Below are positions 33,852-45,796 of a stretch of 64,000 nt of DNA, in pieces (position 1 is the stretch's first letter; every line of letters begins with the position of its first letter). A program made the translations under genes and the position numbers. This DNA comes from an uncultured delta proteobacterium (lineage in GTDB: Bacteria > Desulfobacterota > WTBG01 > CAIYCZ01 > CAIRTM01), in NCBI GenBank assembly GCA_963804955.1, contig CAWDSQ010000024.1:173423-237422 (forward strand), read 5' to 3'. Below the pieces are notes generated by a model. The model was not told the DNA's origin and did no database searches. It saw nothing but the letters and a program-made list of their open reading frames with translations.

Positions 33852-35205
33852 ATGGGCAGCAACGCTCTCCAGAACGTACCCCCACAGAATCTAGAAGCGG
33901 AGCAATCGCTTCTAGGCTCAGTGCTGCTGGAAAATGAAGCCCTTTTCAAGGCACTGGAAATCATAAAAACAGATGATTTCTACCGCGAGTCGCATCGCCA
34001 GATTTATCAGGCGATGCTGGATCTGTACGAAAAAAACGAACCTGCCGATCTTATCACCGTCACCGAAGTCCTGAAAAGAAAAAACAAGCTCGATGAAGTC
34101 GGGGGAGCTTCCTATCTCGCCGACCTGCTTGAAAAAATACCCACCGCCGCCAATATCGAGTACTACGCAAAGATTATCCGGCAGAAGTCAATACTGCGCA
34201 ATCTTATCTACTCCGCTACCGAAATCGTCTCAAAGGCAACGACGGCTGAAGAAAATGTCGAGGATATTCTCGATTTTTCAGAAAAAACAATCTTCCAAAT
34301 TTCAGAATACCAGATAAAACCTTCATTTTACCCGCTGAAAACGATACTCAAGTCGACGTTCAAAGATATTGAGCGGCTGTATGAAAAAAAACAGACTATC
34401 ACCGGCGTGCCATCGGGGTTTGCCGATCTCGATGTCGAAGACATCAGGATTTCAGCCCTCCGATCTCATTATCATTGCCGGGCGTCCCAGTATGGGCAAA
34501 ACCGCCTTCTGCCTCAATGTCGCTCAATATGCATCGCAGGAATCCCATATCCCCATAGCAATCTTCTCTCTTGAAATGTCAAAAGAACAGCTGGCGCTGC
34601 GCCTGCTGTGCAGTGAAGCGCGCGTCGACAACCATAAGCTGCGCACGGGCAACATTGCAGAAACAGACTGGGGCAAACTGTCCATGGCAGCGGGCAAACT
34701 TGCCGATTCAAAGATGTTTATCGATGACACACCCGGCATAACAGTCTTTGAAATGCGAACCAAAGCCCGGAGGCTCAAGGCCGAACAGGGCCTGGGCATG
34801 GTCATCGTAGACTATCTGCAGCTCATGGCCGGCTCAAAAAACCGCTCAGACAGCCGCGAGCAGGAAATATCAGAAATCTCACGGTCCCTCAAGGGGCTTG
34901 CCAAGGAACTCCATGTGCCGGTTATCGCACTTTCTCAGCTCAATCGCAAAGTGGAAGACCGCGTCGATAAACGCCCACATATGGCTGATTTGCGTGAATC
35001 CGGTGCCATTGAACAGGATGCTGACGTTATCCTGTTCATTTACCGGGATGAAGTCTACCATCCCGATTCTGAAGAATCAAAGGGCAAAGCCGAGGTGATA
35101 ATCGGCAAACAGCGCAATGGGCCAACCGGCGAAGTACAGCTTACTTTCATCAATGAATATACCCGGTTTGAGAATTATTCCTACAGAGACATAATGCCGA
35201 TTTAG
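33852..35205 (+). CDS. dnaB: Replicative DNA helicase (frameshift near 34435)
   Basis: [50 protein letters not shown]. Confidence 0.96.
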
Positions 35206-35476
35206 CCCCCACTGCCTTCTTCCCGCTATTCAAGATGGTACCAAAGCCCCCGCATAAACTATACGCAGGCTTTTCCTGTAGAGTTTATGAGCTGAAAAAA
35301 GACATACAGCATTCATAAACCTTTGAAATAAATTGTATATTTTTTCAATCCTGCCATTGACTCGCACTCAACTCGTGGTTATCTTTCACAGGAATAATAA
35401 AGCACTACTTATTTATAGATTATAGTAATCTTTAAAATAAAAATCAGTTATTCTGAAAAAATTCAAGGAGGCAGGT

Positions 35477-37385
35477 ATGGCAAAAGCAATCGGCATAGAT
35501 TTAGGAACAACCAACTCTGTTGTTGCAGTCATGGAGGGTGGTGAACCGACGGTTATCATCAATGAGGAGGGCAGCAGAATCACCCCTTCTGTTGTTGCAT
35601 TTACCAAAGAAGGAGAAATTCTGGTTGGTCAGGTTGCAAAGCGGCAGGCGATCACCAATCCTGAAAACACAATTTATTCAATCAAGCGCTTCATGGGACG
35701 CAAGTACAGTGAAGTAAGTGAAGAAATGAAAATGGTTCCCTACAAAGTACTGGAGGGAGCCAATGGTGATGTTCGGATCGAAGTACGCGGCAAACAATAT
35801 TCACCGCAGGAAATTTCAGCCAAAACCCTGCAGAAACTCAAAAAATCAGCTGAAGCATATCTCGGCACCGAAATAAAAGATGCGGTGATCACGGTACCCG
35901 CCTACTTTAATGACAGCCAGCGTCAGGCAACCAAAGACGCCGGCACGATCGCCGGCCTGAATGTACTGCGCATAATCAACGAACCGACAGCATCTGCCCT
36001 TGCCTATGGTCTGGACAAGCAAAAGGAAGAAACAGTTGCAGTCTATGACTTCGGCGGCGGAACCTTTGATATCTCCATACTTGAAGTCGGCGACAATGTC
36101 ATCGAGGTCAAATCAACAAACGGCGACACGCATCTTGGCGGCGACAATCTGGATCAGCGTATTATCGACTGGCTTGTGGCAGAATTCAGAAAAGACCAGG
36201 GCATAGACCTCAGCCAGGACAAAATGGCGCTGCAGCGCCTCAAAGAGGCTGCGGAAAAGGCAAAAATAGAGCTTTCATCAACGGTTGAAACAGAAATAAA
36301 CCTGCCGTTTGTTACGGCTGACGCCTCAGGGCCAAAGCATCTTAACTGCCGCTTGAGCAGGGCGAAATTCGAGCAGATGATTGACGATCTCATCGAGCGC
36401 TCGCATATACCATGCGAAAAGGCTCTTCAGGATGCCGGACTGCAGCCCAGCCAGATAAACGAGGCTATTCTTGTCGGCGGCTCGACACGCATACCCAAGG
36501 TGCAGGAAATGGTGCGCAAAATTTTTGGCAAAGAGCCGCATAAAGGCGTTAATCCGGATGAAGTTGTCGCGCTGGGAGCTTCCGTGCAGGCGGGTGTTCT
36601 GTGCAGGAGAGGTTAAAGATGTGCTTCTTCTTGACGTTACCCCCTTGTCCCTCGGCATAGAAACCCTGGGCGGCGTCACGACCAAGCTCATCGAACGCAA
36701 CACGACAATACCGACAAGGAAAAGTGAAATATTCACAACGGCTGCCGACAACCAGACAAGCGTTGAAATCCATGTGCTGCAGGGTGAGCGCGATATGGCA
36801 CGCGATAACCGTACGCTTGGCCGGTTTCAGCTTGTGGGCCTTCCGCCGGCGCCTCGCGGCGTGCCCCAGGTTGAGGTAACCTTCGACATTGATGCCAACG
36901 GTATCGTGAACGTATCGGCAAAAGATCTCGGAACCGGGAAGGAACAGAAAATAACCATAACGGCATCAAGCGGGCTGAACAAAGACGACATTGATAAAAT
37001 GGTCAAGGATGCCCAGTCGCATGCAGACGAGGACAAAAAGCGTCGCGAGGAAATTGAAGTGCGCAATCAGGCAGACAGCCTTGTGTACGCAACCGAAAAA
37101 GTACTGAAGGAAAACCGCGATAAGGTGTCAGAGGCAGATGCTACAGCAGTTGAAGATGCGCTAAAGGCTACACGTGATGCCATAGAAAAGGGGAATACGC
37201 GACGAAATCAAGGCTCGCATGGAAGCTCTGAACACTGCCTCTCACCGGCTGGCTGAAGCCATGTACAAGAAGGCATCAGCTGGCTGATGCGCAGCCTGGC
37301 GCAGGCAGCACAGGCCCCCAGAGCACCGGCGCCGACAGGACAAAACGATGTCGTTGATGCGGAATTTGAAGAAACCGATAAATAA
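35477..37385 (+). CDS. dnaK: Chaperone DnaK (frameshifts near 36600 and 37200-37350)
   Basis: [43 protein letters not shown]-terminal DVVDAEFEE. Confidence 0.97.
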
Positions 37386-37423
37386 ACAGGTTTTTTCTTG
37401 ACAAAAGACGTCTTACATCAAAT

Positions 37424-37460
37424 AAAGAGGATGAAGCACATCGGTTTCATCCTCTTTTTT
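37424..37460 (+). terminator. Terminator after dnaK
   Basis: AAAGAGGATGAAGC...GTTTCATCCTCTTTTTT. Confidence 0.75.
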
Positions 37461-37501
37461 GACTATAGCTTCACACTAACTGAAAGGTATTCAAAATCCG
37501 C

Positions 37502-38114
37502 ATGCTCAGTGAAAAGCTTGGACACAGACTGGACAGCCCGCTTTCCCAGCTCATCAAAAGGGGCCCGCTGTCAAAGCTCAGCCCGACAGCCCTCACTCTT
37601 ACCGGTCTCCTCGTCAACCTGATAGCCGCAGGTTTCATTATCCCGGGATGCGTGGAAAACAGCCGCCATTCTCATTCTTGTTGCCGGACTGTTCGACATG
37701 CTTGACGGCGCAAGCGCAAGAACCACGGAAAAAACCACGCTCTTTGGCGGATTTATTGATTCCGTTGTTGACCGCTATTCTGATATGGCGATTCTTACTT
37801 GCCTTCATCATTTACTATGCCCTGGATAACCCGATAACATCTTCATGGTGAGTCTCTGCGCGGTCACCTGCGTGGGCTGTGTACTGATTCCCTATACGCG
37901 GGCGCGGGCTGAAACAATTATCCCCATATGCAATATCGGCATCATGGAACGCGCCGAAAGAATTCTTCTTATCGTTGCGGGTTGCTACTTCAATCTTATG
38001 CAGCCTGTTTTTCTGATTCTTGCGGTATTGACGCATGTAACCGTACTGCAACGGATCTATTACACGTGGGAAAAAACACAAAAACAAATAAAACATGACT
38101 GTGCTATGGAATGA
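37502..38114 (+). CDS. CDP-alcohol phosphatidyltransferase family protein (frameshifts)
   Basis: SPTALT, FDMLDG..AR....FGGFIDSVVDRYSD, YTRARAE, GIMERAER across frames. Confidence 0.82.
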
Positions 38115-38129
38115 TGAGGGAGGCGACTT

Positions 38130-38530
38130 ATGGAAGAAAAACAGGGAAATGGCTTTACTTTTAAAGACAAAGAGTGCTGCGTTCAGGATGAACAAGTAAA
38201 CAAAGCCGGACATGAAGAACAGCAGCCAATGGTAAAAAAAGCACCTCTCAAGATCGTATGAGCGCACACGACCTGCCTGAAATCAATTTCGCTTCTTTTA
38301 TCATATCCCTCAGTTCATCAGCACTGTTCCATCTGGGCGATATTCCTGATCCGGCAACAAACCAGACGCAGCGCAACCTGCCCCTTGCCAAGCAGACGAT
38401 TGATATACTTGGGCTTTTAAAGGAAAAGACCGTCGGAAATCTTGAACGGGATGAAACCCAGCTGCTGGAAAACCTGCTGTATGACCTGCGCATGCGGTAC
38501 GTGGCAGAACTGAAAAAAGACGCTCTGTAA
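38130..38530 (+). CDS. DUF1844-family protein (start uncertain, probable frameshift)
   Basis: FASFIISL..ALFHLG..DP, AKQTIDIL..LKEKT.GNL, LYDLRMRYV. Confidence 0.78.
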
Positions 38531-38538
38531 ACCCAGCT

Positions 38539-39408
38539 ATGGAATCACTTGTCATCAGCGCCCCTGCAAAAGTCAATCTGTGCCTTGAAATCATCAAAAA
38601 ACGGCCGGACGGCTATCATGAAATAAGCACCATATTTCAAAAAATCGGCCTTTTCGATGAACTGACCCTGCAAAAAACAGCTGCTCCCGGCATACGTCTT
38701 ACCGTTGACAACCCGGCTGTTCCCTCAGACCGTACAAATCTTGTGTACCGGGCGGCAGAGCTCATTATGGGGCACTGCAGAGCAGAACCGGGGCGTAGCC
38801 ATCAAGCTGCACAAGCGGATACCGGCAGGGGCAGGCCTTGGCGGCGGCAGCAGCGATGCAGCAGCAGCGCTTGACGGCCTGAACAGGCTTTTTGACCTGG
38901 GGCTCTCACTGCAAACTCTCCAGCAGCATGCGCTCAGACTGGGGGCTGACGTGCCTTTTTTTCTTTCACCCTGGCCAACAGCCTGCGCTACCGGCGTCGG
39001 TGAAATACTGCAGCAGGTCCACCTGCGCACTGAGCTCTGGTTTGTCATTGTTTTCCCCCGTTTCAGCATATCAACGGCATGGGCGTACGCAACCTACAGC
39101 AAAGATATCATATTGACAAATCAACGAAAAAATATTATTTTACCTAATTCTATTGATGACCTTGCACAGGTACGAACACTGCTGCATAATGACTTTGAGC
39201 AGGTGGTTATACCCAGGCATCCCGAGATCGCCGCCATACAACAGAGCCTCATGCAGGCAGGGCGCTGAAGGCGCACTGCTCAGCGGCAGCGGTTCATCGG
39301 TTTTTGGTAGTTTTTGAAAACCGCGAGATCTGCCAGAAAGCTGCTGCACAGCTCTCGGAGAGCATAAACGGCGATATTTTCATAGCCCCAGGTCTCTGGC
39401 AGGAATAA
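38539..39408 (+). CDS. ispE: 4-diphosphocytidyl-2-C-methyl-D-erythritol kinase (frameshifts)
   Basis: APAKVNL, KRPDGYHE, KRIPAGAGLGGGSSDAAA, LGADVPFF, LSGSGS. Confidence 0.92.
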
Positions 39409-39521
39409 GCCCAAGCGGACTGCTCACAGAGCTGAAATCCGCGAAGAGCCCGTGATGCAGCACTGCTCAATAAACCCTTGTCCTGCGCTGAATTGTCAGG
39501 AGCATAAAAAAGGAGTCTTGC

Positions 39522-40463
39522 GTGAACGATCTTAAAATTTTCTCGGGCAATGCAACCCCGGCCCTTGCTAATGAAATCTGCAAATATTTCAATCAGCCTC
39601 TGGGCGCAGCCAAAGTCGGCTCCTTCAGCGATGGCGAGACCATGGTCGAAGTGCAGGAAAACGTACGCGGCATGGATGTTTTTGTTGTGCAGTCAACCTG
39701 CAATCCCGTCAATACGCACCTGATGGAACTGCTGATCATGATTGATGCCCTTAAACGGGCATCCGCAGAAAGAATCACCGCAGTTATTCCCTACTACGGA
39801 TATGCCCGGCAGGACCGCAAGGTTGCACCCCGCGTGCCGATAACGGCAAAGCTGGTTGCGGACCTGCTCACCACCGCAGGTGCCGACCGCGTTCTGACCA
39901 TTGACCTGCATGCCGGACAGATACAGGGATTTTTCAGCATTCCTGTTGATAATCTTTTCGCTTCGCCGATCATCTACCAATACCTGAAGGAAAAATACGC
40001 GGGCAAGGAAGTTGTCATTGTTTCACCCGATGCCGGCGGCGTCGAGCGTGCCCGCAGCATGGCAAAACGCATCGGCGCCACAATTGCCATTATCGACAAA
40101 CGCCGCCTGCGGGCAAATGAAGCAGAGGTCATGAATATCATCGGTGATATCGAAGGCAAGCATGCCCTGGTGCTCGACGATATGGTTGACACGGCAGGAA
40201 CACTTACCAAAGCGGCAGATGCCGTCTGTTCGCGCGGGGCGCTGTCAGTTGCCGCATGCTGCACGCATCCCGTGCTTTCGGGTGCTGCCATAGAAAAAAT
40301 CAATCAATCCTGTCTCGAGGAAATCGTGGTCACCAACACTGTTCCGCTCACCCCTGAAGGGGCTGCATCAAAAAAGATAAAAGTGCTGTCCATTGCCGAA
40401 TTTTTTGCCGTGGCCATCAGGCGCATTCACAACAATGACTCGGTAAGCTCGCTTTTCATATAA
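39522..40463 (+). CDS. prs: Ribose-phosphate pyrophosphokinase
   Basis: FSDGE, YGYARQDRK, DLHAGQIQGFF, VSPDAGG, DDMVDTAGT. Confidence 0.97.
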   Translation: MNDLKIFSGNATPALANEICKYFNQPLGAAKVGSFSDGETMVEVQENVRGMDVFVVQSTCNPVNTHLMELLIMIDALKRASAERITAVIPYYGYARQDRKVAPRVPITAKLVADLLTTAGADRVLTIDLHAGQIQGFFSIPVDNLFASPIIYQYLKEKYAGKEVVIVSPDAGGVERARSMAKRIGATIAIIDKRRLRANEAEVMNIIGDIEGKHALVLDDMVDTAGTLTKAADAVCSRGALSVAACCTHPVLSGAAIEKINQSCLEEIVVTNTVPLTPEGAASKKIKVLSIAEFFAVAIRRIHNNDSVSSLFI

Positions 40464-40508
40464 AAACAGACTATAGTTACCATATACCAACAGCTGTAAG
40501 GAGGCACC

Positions 40509-41204
40509 ATGAGTCAGACAATCACCATCACCGCAACATCGCGCGAGGGCGCAGGCAAAGGCGTTAACCGCAAACTGCGCGCAAAGGGACTCATTCCGGC
40601 GGTCGTGTACGGTCATCATTATGACGCTGTTTCGCTCTGCGTCAATGCCACTGAAATGGATAAAATGTTCCGTCCCGGCCATGAGGATATGCAGGACTAC
40701 CAGCTCTACAAACTGGTTGTCAAGGCCGCGGATTCAAAGGAAACCATGGTCGTGATTAAAGACATCCAGCGCGACCCGATCAAAGAAAAAATCCGGCATA
40801 TAGACTTTTTTGCCGTACGCATGGATGAAAAAATAATAGCGCCCGTGCATGTACGAATCATGGGCAAGGCTATTGGCGTCAAAAATGGCGGCATTCTGCG
40901 CCACCTCCTGCATGAAATCAAGGTAAAGAGCCTGCCGGCAGATGTGCCGCCGCATATTGATATTGATGTGACCGCAATGGAAATCGGCGATTCCGTGCAT
41001 GTAAAAGATTTGCAGGTGCCGGCAAATGTCCAGATTTTAACCGATGCGGAAGCGGGCGTTGTCAACATCATGGCGCCTATCGTTGCCAAGGAAGAAAAAA
41101 CAGAAGCTGAAGCGCCAGCCGCCCCGGCTGCGGCCGCCAAAGCAGCACCTGCAGCCGGCAAGGCTGCTCCTGCTGCCGCCAAGGCTGCTCCTGCGAAAAA
41201 GTAA
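40509..41204 (+). CDS. rplY: 50S ribosomal protein L25/Ctc
   Basis: GLIPAVVYG, HIDF, GVKNGG; Ala/Lys/Pro-rich tail. Confidence 0.93.
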   Translation: MSQTITITATSREGAGKGVNRKLRAKGLIPAVVYGHHYDAVSLCVNATEMDKMFRPGHEDMQDYQLYKLVVKAADSKETMVVIKDIQRDPIKEKIRHIDFFAVRMDEKIIAPVHVRIMGKAIGVKNGGILRHLLHEIKVKSLPADVPPHIDIDVTAMEIGDSVHVKDLQVPANVQILTDAEAGVVNIMAPIVAKEEKTEAEAPAAPAAAAKAAPAAGKAAPAAAKAAPAKK

Positions 41205-41266
41205 TGCCAGCCCGGCAGGCAGTATATGATTTTCACACAGAACTGCCTGCCGCGTAAAAGCTTGAT

Positions 41267-41889
41267 ATGCGTCCTGTGAAACTCATAGCAGGTCTTGGCA
41301 ATCCCGGCGATGCCTACAGCCTGACCAGACACAATATCGGGTTTATGGCTGCTGATCGAATCGCTCGGGAAACAGGCATTGCCCTGAACAAATTCAAATT
41401 TCATGCCCTGGTGGGGCACGGCAGGCTGGTGCGGACATGACGTCATCATTGCCAAACCCCAGACCTTCATGAATCGCAGCGGCATGGCAATCAGCGCACT
41501 TGCAGACTCCCTGCGCCATTGCAGCCGAAAACATCATCGTCATGCACGATGATATGGATGTAGCTTTCGGCAGCCTCAAAATAAAAATCCGCGGCGGCAG
41601 CGCCGGCCACCGCGGTATCGTATCACTCATTGACCAGCTCTCCACAGACGTATTTGTGCGCCTGCGCATCGGCATTGGACGGCCGCCCGCCGATATGGCT
41701 GGCCCCGACTATGTACTAGAAACATTTTCCTGCCAGGAACTGAATCAACTAGCTGGCATAACCGCAATGGCGTTCCAGTGTCTGGAGACGCTCCTCACGC
41801 AAGGCATCGCAGCCGCTATGAACCGTTTCCATACGGGGGCCGCTGAAGCACCGAAACAGCGCAGCTCATCAGAAGATCCTGGTTTTTAG
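41267..41889 (+). CDS. pth: Peptidyl-tRNA hydrolase (frameshift near 41430)
   Basis: [46 protein letters not shown]. Confidence 0.92.
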
Positions 41890-41971
41890 AGCCTTTTTTA
41901 CCTCAGTTGTTTATAAAATCCTTGCCTCTCAATCATTAGTATGCTATTTAGTTTGTGATAATTTACATCAA

Positions 41972-42044
<73 letters not shown>

Positions 42045-42054
42045 TAAAAAATTA

Positions 42055-42088
42055 AAAGCACTCAGCCTTACCGGTTGAGTGCTTTTTT
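42055..42088 (+). terminator. Terminator after tRNA-Glu
   Basis: AAAAGCACTCAGCC-TTACC-GGTTGAGTGCTTTTTT. Confidence 0.82.
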
Positions 42089-42315
42089 GTTTTGAGTTGA
42101 AGGACCCTCGCACGGAGAGAAATGTCAGGCGGGTGAAGGCTGTAAAAATTGCATCTAGTAACTAAACAACAGTAAATAAAAAAACCACCTGGAATCAGAG
42201 CTACTATGACATTGTTAATATTTCAACATTACGACACGTAGTGTTGACTTTTAAGAGAAAAGGCCCAACTACTATATCTAGTAGTCAGGCCCTGATTTGT
42301 ATTTCTGTATAAGCT

Positions 42316-43743
42316 TTACTTCTTCCCTACCATCGGCGCAATCATTTCAAGAACCCTTCGGGCAACGGCCTGCAACTCCGGGCTGCGTTCAAGGGCGGCA
42401 TTGATGCTGTTGGCATTATTGTAATAAATTTGTATTACCTTCCGGCCAATGGCGCTTCGGGCAAGATTGCTATCTCGAAAATCACGCAAATTTTCAAGTT
42501 CCGGATTATCCACCCCCAGAACCTTTATTGCCGGGCATCTGCTGCCAGGAGTTGTCGTAGTGGTGGTTGTCACCCAAGGAACCATCGAGCCCGTAGGGCT
42601 GCCCCCGATCCCGCCGATACGGTAGATTCCCATACCCGACAGGTCGTAGATAAGCGGCGAGTTGATAGAGGAGTTGAAGGACACGTCGTGCATCACAGCG
42701 GCAGCGGCGTTCTGCACGTCCATGTGATACACCCAGATTTTGCTCCCGCTATACAAGCTCACGGTCACGCCGCCATCGCTGCCTGCGGCAAGCAGAAAAT
42801 AGCGGTGATTCATATTTTCAGTATTGGGGATATCAACGGCGATGTCCCTGTCCTGCAGAAGCGTGCCGTTATCGTCAAAGTAGAACAAGTGGGTGATATG
42901 GTCGCTGCCGTCCACATTGCCCAGGGCGACGAACCCTCCACGGGGCATGCCGACCATGTTTATGAGCGTGCGCTGCAGATCGCTGATATCTTTGATGGTC
43001 TGCAGTGTCAGGTTGTCGCTGTAAAAGCAGAGCAGGGGCGTATACCCCACGGCTCCTTCCCCTGTTGCAAGCCGGCCGCTTTCAGGCACCACCACGAATC
43101 CGCCGCTGCTCAGGCTGGCTATATCGCCCGAGCCATGCCAGATGCGGGTCCCGGTCGCCTGCTCAACATCAAGCCGCACGTCTATGGTTTTCAGCAAAAC
43201 GCCGTCTCCAGCAGTCTGCGTAAGCGCCCCGGAATAGAAATCGTTTTGCACGATCGTGCCGTTGCGCAGGCCCGCATAAAAAATACCTCCAATTGTTGCC
43301 GGTATCATACTGCCGCGCATCGTGCCGCTGGTGTCCATATGCCATATGGTAAATGTATCCATGTCGTAGTTACAGCCCTTGATTAGCCAGCCGCTGTCGC
43401 CTGCAGTGCGCATGGTCCACCAGTTGTCGAGGGTGTTTATATCGACGGTATTCGTGCTGCCTGTTGCATTGTCGAAAATCGTTACCGATTCCAGTTGTGT
43501 ATCGAGGACTGCGAATGCAGTGCTGCTGTCGCAGGCATCGCCATAGCCGTCGGTGTCGTTGTCCGACTGGTCGGGATTGTAGACGCCCGGGCAGTTGTCG
43601 CCCGCATCAGTAATGTTGTCGCCGTCGCTGTCGCTGTTTTCAGCAAACCCATCGAGTTTCTGTTTTGTCCAGTCGGCGAAGGAATACTGCGGTACAAGAA
43701 TGAAAATACAAAAGACTAAAACAGCTGCACGGAATTTTTTCAT
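42316..43743 (-). CDS. Secreted protein: thrombospondin type-3-like Ca-binding repeat, probable beta-propeller, Thr linker, CFI-box-CTERM-like tail
   Basis: Signal peptide; DSDGD..DNCP..NPDQ.D.D.DG.GDACD; TTTTTTT then CP...LRDFRD..L..S.IGR..I..YY. Confidence 0.7.
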   Translation of the reverse strand: MKKFRAAVLVFCIFILVPQYSFADWTKQKLDGFAENSDSDGDNITDAGDNCPGVYNPDQSDNDTDGYGDACDSSTAFAVLDTQLESVTIFDNATGSTNTVDINTLDNWWTMRTAGDSGWLIKGCNYDMDTFTIWHMDTSGTMRGSMIPATIGGIFYAGLRNGTIVQNDFYSGALTQTAGDGVLLKTIDVRLDVEQATGTRIWHGSGDIASLSSGGFVVVPESGRLATGEGAVGYTPLLCFYSDNLTLQTIKDISDLQRTLINMVGMPRGGFVALGNVDGSDHITHLFYFDDNGTLLQDRDIAVDIPNTENMNHRYFLLAAGSDGGVTVSLYSGSKIWVYHMDVQNAAAAVMHDVSFNSSINSPLIYDLSGMGIYRIGGIGGSPTGSMVPWVTTTTTTTPGSRCPAIKVLGVDNPELENLRDFRDSNLARSAIGRKVIQIYYNNANSINAALERSPELQAVARRVLEMIAPMVGKK

Positions 43744-44395
43744 ATTGCCCCTCCTCTGATTTGTGATTGCGGAATAGATTCTGCCCTGTAGATACAGGCA
43801 TTTCCTACTTATATAAACATTAAGAATGATAAATAATTATTTTGATTGAGGCAATACTATGCCACACTTACCCATGCCTCCTGCAAGGGCCTACAAAAAA
43901 TGTTCGTAATAAAATTAGATACAAAAACCATACCAAAAAAATTAAATCTCTTTAAACAATCTAATATTTAATAAAAAATAAGTAAAATCGGATATTTAAA
44001 AAAAATAAAAATTACGCTATTGATTTGGCCCATTGAAGTGGTGAAAAATGATTGGCTGATTTCAGCCAACAAAAGGCGTTTAAACATATTTTATTGGTTG
44101 AATCCAGCCAATTTACTGGATGTGATTGTTTGCTGGGATGGCCTCTTTATAGGAGCAGCAGAGCTGTATTCTGGAATAAACAGGCAGAACTCAGGCGTTA
44201 AAGTAAGGACAGCCAGTTAGACTTCTCTTCAAGAACCATATGCAATATCTTGCGCCCTCACTTTGCAGTCAAACTCCACACTAGCGGCTCTTACTGTCGA
44301 ACAAATCAAAATCCGGAAAATTACAGTTTACCAAACGTATCTTTCAAAGGTATGGATAAGCACAAGGAGATTCGGTTTTGAAAAGATTAAGAATC

Positions 44396-45796
44396 TTACT
44401 TGCTATGCGCCATACGGCTGTGGCGGATGCCGTAGAAAAAGTACACAGCTAAGCCGGCTATCATCCATACGGCAAACCGTATCCAGGTAAGCCTCGGCAA
44501 AGACAGCATAAGACCTGCGCAGAGGCTGATCCCCAGAAGCGGAACTACGGGAACAAGCGGGCAGCGGAAGCTGCGTTTCATTTCAGGATGAGTCTGCCTC
44601 AGCACGACAACGCCGCCGCAGACAATGCAGAAAGCAAACAAGGTGCCTATATTGCACAGTTCTGCCGCAGTGCCGATGTCAAGAAACCCGGCAAACAGCG
44701 CAACGACTGCGCCGGTCAGTATCTGGGCAATATAGGGGGTTCGAAAGCGCGGATGAACTTTGGCAATCCAGGGCCAGAGCAGCCCGTCGCGTGACATGGA
44801 GAAAAAAATGCGCGGCTGGCCCATAAGCATGACTAAAAGAACACTGGTGATGCCGGCCAGCGCTCCGACAGAAACAAGCGCCGCCCCCCAGGTGTAGCCG
44901 ACGAGGTTCAACGCATGGGCAACAGGAGCAGGATGATTCAGCTCTTTATAGGAAACCATGCCGGTAAGAACACCCGATACAAGAAGATAGAGAACTGTGC
45001 ATATAACCAGCGATAAAATAATGCCTATGGGCATGTTGCGTTGCGGGTCTTTCGTCTCCTCTGCTGCAGTTGAGATGGCATCAAAACCGATATAGGCGAA
45101 AAAAATGATGGCAGATCCTGTCATCACACCGCTAAACCCGAAAGGTAAAAAAGGGCTCCAATTTGCCGGCTTTACCTCAAAGATGCCGACTGCCACAAAG
45201 ACGAGCACGGTGAGCACCTTGATAAAAACCATGGCGCTTGTAAACCGAACGCTTTCTTTGATACCGACTATAAGAATTGCTGACAAAAAAACTACCACAA
45301 GCACAGCCGGCAGATTTATTAACGCATCAGGCGTGGTTCCCGGAGCGCTTGCGCACCATGCAGGCACTTGAATGCCTAAACCAGCAAGAATATTTACAAA
45401 ATAGCCTGACCACCCGATTGAAACTGCAATGCAGGCAACGACATATTCAAGGATGAGATCCCAGCCGATAATCCAGGCTATCATTTCGCCAAGAGTAGCG
45501 TAGGCATAGTTGTAAGCACTGCCGGAGGCAGGAATGAGGGAGGCGAACTCCGCATAGCACAATGCCGTAAAAAGACATGCGCAGCTCGAAATGACCAGAG
45601 AGAGAAGTATGCCCGGACCTGCGTATTTTGCTGCAGCAGTTCCGGTAAGCACAAAAATACCAACCCCGATAATGGCGCCCACGCCCAGAACGGTCAGGTC
45701 GAAAGCATTGAGAGATCTATGGAGCCGATGCTGCTCCATATCTAATTCTTCAAGAATGTGGTGCGGAAATTTTCGGCGAAAAAGTCTTTTTGGCAT
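44396..45796 (-). CDS. APC-family amino acid permease
   Basis: LGVGAIIGVGIFV, CYAEFAS, GSAY, FFAYIGFD, AEETKDPQR; many TM helices. Confidence 0.93.
   Translation of the reverse strand: MPKRLFRRKFPHHILEELDMEQHRLHRSLNAFDLTVLGVGAIIGVGIFVLTGTAAAKYAGPGILLSLVISSCACLFTALCYAEFASLIPASGSAYNYAYATLGEMIAWIIGWDLILEYVVACIAVSIGWSGYFVNILAGLGIQVPAWCASAPGTTPDALINLPAVLVVVFLSAILIVGIKESVRFTSAMVFIKVLTVLVFVAVGIFEVKPANWSPFLPFGFSGVMTGSAIIFFAYIGFDAISTAAEETKDPQRNMPIGIILSLVICTVLYLLVSGVLTGMVSYKELNHPAPVAHALNLVGYTWGAALVSVGALAGITSVLLVMLMGQPRIFFSMSRDGLLWPWIAKVHPRFRTPYIAQILTGAVVALFAGFLDIGTAAELCNIGTLFAFCIVCGGVVVLRQTHPEMKRSFRCPLVPVVPLLGISLCAGLMLSLPRLTWIRFAVWMIAGLAVYFFYGIRHSRMAHSK

Noticed and set aside
35340..35470. CIRCE element upstream of dnaK
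   Set aside because: No TTAGCACTC-N9-GAGTGCTAA match; only partial GCACTC and AGCACT words
41115..41200. Ala/Lys/Pro repeat at the end of L25
   Set aside because: Low-complexity tails are common on Ctc-type L25
33852..41889. Pseudogenes or programmed frameshifting in dnaB, dnaK, ispE and pth
   Set aside because: Essential genes with intact motifs on both sides of each shift and no consistent slippery site; sequencing error is more parsimonious
43851..43864. Sigma-54 promoter (minus-strand TGGCATAGTATTGC) for the secreted-protein gene
   Set aside because: GG-to-GC spacing is 9 rather than 10 nt; valid only if a base was lost in sequencing
44020..44220. 66-aa ORF in the AT-rich gap
   Set aside because: No clear RBS or recognisable motif
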